Assembly (NCBI GenBank): GCA_965263295.1
Contig: OZ253665.1
Location: 1,504,001-1,568,000, forward strand
Direction: 5' to 3'
DNA: 64,000 bases
From: Spirochaetia bacterium
Lineage (GTDB): Bacteria > Spirochaetota > Spirochaetia > SP-2023
Part shown: one piece after another, positions 59,610 to 64,000 of the stretch
How positions within the stretch are numbered: the stretch's first letter is position 1
How the letters are laid out: every line of letters begins with the position of its first letter
Made by a program: the position numbers and the translations under genes
Notes under the pieces: model-generated
The model's database searches: none
Told to the model about the DNA's origin: nothing
Seen by the model: the letters and a program-made list of their open reading frames with translations, nothing else

Positions 59610-60767
59610 ATGGCAGCCAAAACTTGCCTCTTTATTGTTATGAATTTGAGTTTTCCAAACAATTCCCCGCACAATTCCCCCAAGTGCCTCACACGATGCC
59701 TCAAAGGGCAATTGGCCCTGCAGCTGCATTTCAGCGCCGCGCCCGCACAGTTATCTCAACTGCTGATGAGGCAAGGCCACAAGGACATTGGACAAATCTG
59801 TCACGAAGACTGGCAGCGGGCTTTGAGCCGGCTGGCCGAACAATTTCCCGGCAACGAGCTTCTGCCGCAGCTGAGCTGGGAGCGTTGGAAGCAGTCTCGA
59901 TGCCGCTCTCGCGAGCTCGTCCAAAGCTTCCTCGCTACAACAGACGCCGCAGACTATCTGGCCTCCCTCTTGATCTACGGCAGTCCCGGCTACCCCCAGC
60001 CCTTGTACCAACTATTTCATCCCCCGTTTGTGTTGTTCTCGCGCGGCCGGCAAAAGCTTCTCGACCCGGCCGGCAGTTCGGGGTTTGCCGTTTGCGGCAG
60101 CCGCAAAGTAACCTTAAAAGGCCGTCGCGACGCTTTTGCCCTTGCTTACGGAGTCGGACGCAGCCAAGGGAATTTCCATCTGGTCAGTGGCCTGAGCGAA
60201 GGCATTGAACTGACAGCCTGCGACGGAGCCTTGGCCGCCGGAGCGCCAGTCATCGGCATCCTGTGCTGTGGCTTAAACGCCATAGCCCCGCCCGAAGCCC
60301 TGCGGCACGCCGCCCGTATACTCAATTCAGGCGGGCTGTTGCTCAGCGAATACTTGCCTGAGCAACCGCGCCAACGCTACACATTCCTACAGCGCAATCG
60401 CATTCTGGCGGCTCTTGCCGCAAGCCTGATTTTTGCCGAAATGGGGCCTAAAACCAAGGCTTTAAACTTGGTAAACTATGCCCTGGAACTGAATCGCGAC
60501 ATGGCCGTTCTGGGGGACTCCGTGGGCATTCAGCGCTTGCGCGAGCAAGGCTGCGCTCACTGGCCAGATGCTCCAGCCCTGCTGCGCGCCCTGGGCATGG
60601 ATGTGCAAGTCCAACAGGGTCCCATACATTCCGAAAGTGCCGGCGAGCACCAGATCGGGCCGGAGCTGGCCCGTTCCCTCAGACGAGAGTTAACCCAACA
60701 GAGTCTGCCTTACTTGGGCTGCCAAGTGTCTGCAAGTTATCCGTCCATCACACAAAACAAGCCCTAG
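59610..60767 (+). CDS. dprA: DNA-processing protein DprA/Smf
   Basis: AVCGSR, LVSGLSEGI, GGLLLSEY, FLQRNRILAAL. Confidence 0.85.
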   Translation: MAAKTCLFIVMNLSFPNNSPHNSPKCLTRCLKGQLALQLHFSAAPAQLSQLLMRQGHKDIGQICHEDWQRALSRLAEQFPGNELLPQLSWERWKQSRCRSRELVQSFLATTDAADYLASLLIYGSPGYPQPLYQLFHPPFVLFSRGRQKLLDPAGSSGFAVCGSRKVTLKGRRDAFALAYGVGRSQGNFHLVSGLSEGIELTACDGALAAGAPVIGILCCGLNAIAPPEALRHAARILNSGGLLLSEYLPEQPRQRYTFLQRNRILAALAASLIFAEMGPKTKALNLVNYALELNRDMAVLGDSVGIQRLREQGCAHWPDAPALLRALGMDVQVQQGPIHSESAGEHQIGPELARSLRRELTQQSLPYLGCQVSASYPSITQNKP

Positions 60768-61046
60768 CTCCCTTGCGTAAATTTTACTAGACGAGTCCGG
60801 CATTTTGGGCTAGAATGATTAGACTTGGGCTATTCGCCTTAACTTTTTAATTAGGTTTTTGATTTTGGCCTTTTATTTTGCCGATACTTTGCCGAGAATA
60901 TTTTGCCGAAAATATTTTAAATAGCTTGTAAGCAAGTCAATTTTTTATGTGGACAAATACTGCTGCAAAACATTATCTTAGTATGAACAGACCAAACTCT
61001 CTCCGGTGCCCGGCGCCACTTGGTAGATACAGCACCAATTCGTTAA

Positions 61047-62213
61047 ATGGATAATCGTTGGAACGAAAATTCTGCTCCCACCCTGAGAAGCTCTATCACC
61101 CCGTCAGAACCATCTTTTGTGGAGCAGCGGCCCCCGAAATTATTGAATAACCGCGCATGCGCGGGGTTTGAGATTTCCCCGGAATTACTGGCGGCTTTGT
61201 GTGGGGCCAACGACCAGCACTTGCGCTATATGAGCTCCTTATTTGGTGCCCGTGTTCAATGTCGCGGCAATCAACTTTACTTGAATAGCACATCCGACGA
61301 TCTGCAGCGACTGTTTCAGCTGTTCTTGCATAAATTGTTGTCCTACATGGAACAAGGAATTGATGTACAAGTTGACCTGCTGGATGCGCTATACAATGCC
61401 AGTAAAAATGAATTTCAACACGATAGCACAGGCAAAGCTCCCGGCAGCAACTTCTATGATCCGCGCGACACAACCCTAAGCCTGAACGGCAAAAAGATCC
61501 TGCCCCGCAATCGCCGGCAGCACGAACTAATAAAGCAATTGCGCAGTTGTGACGTGATCTTTGCCTTGGGACCTGCGGGTACAGGCAAGACTTTCTTGGC
61601 TGTAGCCTACGGCCTGAGTCGGCTGCTGAATGGCCAGGCCAGTTTACTGTTATTGTCTCGTCCTGTGGTCGAAGCCGGCGAAAATCTGGGCTTCCTGCCG
61701 GGCGACTTTGGTCAAAAGATTGGTCCTTACATGATGCCTCTCTTCGATACCATGCGCTACCTCATGAAGCCAGAACAAGTCACAGCTTTAGAAGCAAAGG
61801 GGATGATTGAAGTCGCTCCTCTGGCCTATATGCGTGGTCGCAGCTTGCGCGACGCCATAATCATTCTTGACGAAGCGCAAAATGCCACGCCTTTACAAGT
61901 TAAAATGTTACTGACACGTTTGGGAGAAGGTTCCCAGGCCATCTTGACCGGCGATACCAGCCAAAGCGACTTGGGTCACGCCCACAGGTCCGGGCTGCAC
62001 CAGGCCTCGCATATCCTGGCCAAAGTTGAAGGGATCGCCGTGCAGCAGTTCCGCAACGAAGATGTAGTTCGCAGTGCCTTGGTGAGGCGCATTATTCAAG
62101 CTTATGATAGCGCAGCGCAAAACGATAAACAAATGCCAAAATATAACAACCAAAGCCGAGCGAGCGCTAAAGTAAACACCAAGGCAAACACCAGCGAAGG
62201 ACGCAACGCATGA
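61047..62213 (+). CDS. PhoH family ATPase
   Basis: GPAGTGKTFLA, RPVVEAGENLGFLPGD, APLAYMRGR, LDEAQN, LTRLG. Confidence 0.96.
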   Translation: MDNRWNENSAPTLRSSITPSEPSFVEQRPPKLLNNRACAGFEISPELLAALCGANDQHLRYMSSLFGARVQCRGNQLYLNSTSDDLQRLFQLFLHKLLSYMEQGIDVQVDLLDALYNASKNEFQHDSTGKAPGSNFYDPRDTTLSLNGKKILPRNRRQHELIKQLRSCDVIFALGPAGTGKTFLAVAYGLSRLLNGQASLLLLSRPVVEAGENLGFLPGDFGQKIGPYMMPLFDTMRYLMKPEQVTALEAKGMIEVAPLAYMRGRSLRDAIIILDEAQNATPLQVKMLLTRLGEGSQAILTGDTSQSDLGHAHRSGLHQASHILAKVEGIAVQQFRNEDVVRSALVRRIIQAYDSAAQNDKQMPKYNNQSRASAKVNTKANTSEGRNA

Positions 62214-62905
62214 ACGCGGAACCAAACCATAGTGGCGCAGCGGAGCTAAACGTGCATATGGATGGCCTCAGTTACACTGAATTAGAACAGTGCCTGGCGC
62301 AACTGTCTAGAGAATTTCCAGCTTATTCATTCAGCCACAAAATGTATGCGTCAAGAGTAATGCTTGGAGAATTCTCTCGGCACTGCCGCGACTTGCTTGC
62401 CAAGCTGTTTGAAACTTTGGCAACGGACGCGGAACTACAGTTGATCCTGCAAAACCAAGAACTGCTGCCCAGAACAATTGCGGCAACAAACTCCAGCTCC
62501 ACGCCAGGTGCGAGAAACACATTCTGGCAGGCCTGGCAGCTCAACCTGCTAATTTGTTCCGACAAGCGTATAGCAAAATGGAATTATCAGTTTCGCGGCC
62601 AGAATAAAGCGACAGATATCCTATCTTTTCCCTTGTCTTTTCCTCTGGCCATTGCCGAAAATTTCGATCAGCTGCGCGGTGGCGACCTGATTTTGTCCAT
62701 GCATTCCTGGTTGAGCAACTGCCGCGAATACGACTGCAACCCGGCAGAAGAGCTGCAACGTTTACTGCTGCATGGCCTACTACACCTCACAGGACTGGAC
62801 CACAACCGCGATGAGGAACCCTCAGCCCCGAAAAGTCCCATGTTGCAATATCAAGAGAATTTACTCAAGAAAATAGGGCAAAGGAGAGCCATTCTAAAAC
62901 GATGA
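62210..62905 (+). CDS. ybeY: rRNA maturation endoribonuclease YbeY
   Basis: N..FRG.NKATDILSFP, HGLLHLTGLDH. Confidence 0.92.
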   Translation: MNAEPNHSGAAELNVHMDGLSYTELEQCLAQLSREFPAYSFSHKMYASRVMLGEFSRHCRDLLAKLFETLATDAELQLILQNQELLPRTIAATNSSSTPGARNTFWQAWQLNLLICSDKRIAKWNYQFRGQNKATDILSFPLSFPLAIAENFDQLRGGDLILSMHSWLSNCREYDCNPAEELQRLLLHGLLHLTGLDHNRDEEPSAPKSPMLQYQENLLKKIGQRRAILKR

Positions 62906-63803
62906 AGATCTTTGGAAATTCTGTAAAAAAAAGCGAGTCAAATGACGATGCAGACCCTCATAGTTATAGCTTGAACCAGAAAAAATTAAAGGGGAAAGCG
63001 ATTGGCCACTGGTGGAACAGCAGGCGCCGCAGGCGCAAGCAAGAAACAAAAAACAAACTGACCGAAAATACCCGGCGCATGCTCGACGGCGTGCGCAACT
63101 TACAAGAGATTAGCGCTAAAGAAATAATGATTCCGCGAGTCGATGTCGATTTCCTCGACAAAAACAGCAGTGTCGAAGAGCTGGAGCAGGCCCTCAGCAT
63201 TTCCAAACATTCACGCTTGCCTGTCTACGAAGAGACTACCGACAGGATCGTAGGCATTCTCTATGCCAAGGACCTAATTCCCTACTGGGTCGAAAAGAAA
63301 ATCTTTGAGGTTAGCGAGATCTGCCGCAAACCTTATTTTATCCCCGAAAGCGTGAAAGTGGACAGCCTGCTGGCAGAATTCCAACGTCGGCATGTGCATA
63401 TATCCATGGTGGTCGATGAATATGGCGGTATCTCTGGCATTGTTTGCCTCGAAGACATCCTGGAGCTTATCGTCGGAGATATTCAGGATGAATTTGATCA
63501 GGAAAGTGAAGACATCATTACCTTGAAGAAGGTATCTACGTCTGTGATGCGCGCCTAAATATTAGCGGCTTGAATGAAGAGCTAAGCCTTGATCTACCGA
63601 CGGACGATTGTGATACTATCGGGGGCTTCGTCTTCTCTCGCTTGGGTAAAATCCCGAGCCGCTACGAAAAAGTCAGCTACGGAAACATTGAGTTTGTCGT
63701 ACAAAAATTGGAGGGACACCGCATTGAGTCCATTAAAGTCATACTCCACGAGACTGAAGCCAGCAAAGAATCGGTACCCGAAAATCTGGCATCCTTACAA
63801 TAG
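62902..63803 (+). pseudogene. CBS-pair/CorC (hemolysin-family) protein split by a 1-bp frameshift near 63521
   Basis: EIMIPR, HSRLPVY, VDEYGG, LEDILELIVGDIQDEFD; the CorC domain (LEEGIYVCDARL...DTIGGFVF..LGKIP) continues in another frame. Confidence 0.8.
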
Positions 63804-63813
63804 CAAGACCTTT

Positions 63814-64000
63814 ATGCATTTATGCCCTGTTTTATTACCTGCGAATCAACTGTATTTTCTGACGGCTCTACTCGCGTTACTAAGTCTGCCACTCTGTCTC
63901 TGTGCCCAAAACAATGAGACCCGGGCTGAAATTTCCTCCAGCCATACTGAAGCTGAAAGCCTTGAAAAGCGCAACCAGTTTTATGATGCTATTGAAATCT
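63814..64000 (+). CDS. 5' part of an exported protein, runs off the window
   Basis: Open frame from ATG with signal-like FLTALLALLSLPLCLCAQ. Confidence 0.45.
   Translation, partial: MHLCPVLLPANQLYFLTALLALLSLPLCLCAQNNETRAEISSSHTEAESLEKRNQFYDAIEI

Overview
Mostly core chromosome of a spirochaete-like bacterium. This is inferred from the rpsF-ssb-rpsR-rplI-dnaB and infC-rpmI-rplT-zapB-zapA-ssrS gene orders, a eukaryote-type chorismate mutase, tRNA-Arg(GCG), fliS and an Msp-like surface protein. Housekeeping content includes trpS, gltX, glyA, ltaE, asnB, pheA, lipB, a BirA-like ligase, miaB, mutY, manA, galE, a four-subunit 2-oxoacid:ferredoxin oxidoreductase, a GH57 branching enzyme, four tRNAs, 6S RNA and SRP RNA. 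Accessory DNA consists of a degenerate IS5 (IS427-group) element at about 1.1-2.0 kb and a ~5.5 kb cassette between fliS and rdgB (51.5-57.0 kb). The cassette is the most interesting region: dynamin-like GTPase (with an in-frame C11 tract), membrane partner, HerA/DUF87-like ATPase whose core appears replaced by a Vat-like acetyltransferase plus a 62-bp relic of a second dynamin gene, then an LHH nuclease and an SMI1/KNR4 immunity gene. It is a candidate dynamin/HerA-coupled conflict system, damaged in this genome. The window also shows many 9-12 bp tandem micro-duplications, a 170-bp AT-rich tandem duplication upstream of the surface-protein gene, and a 1-bp frameshift in the CBS/CorC gene. 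All calls are by eye from motifs; no database searches were run.
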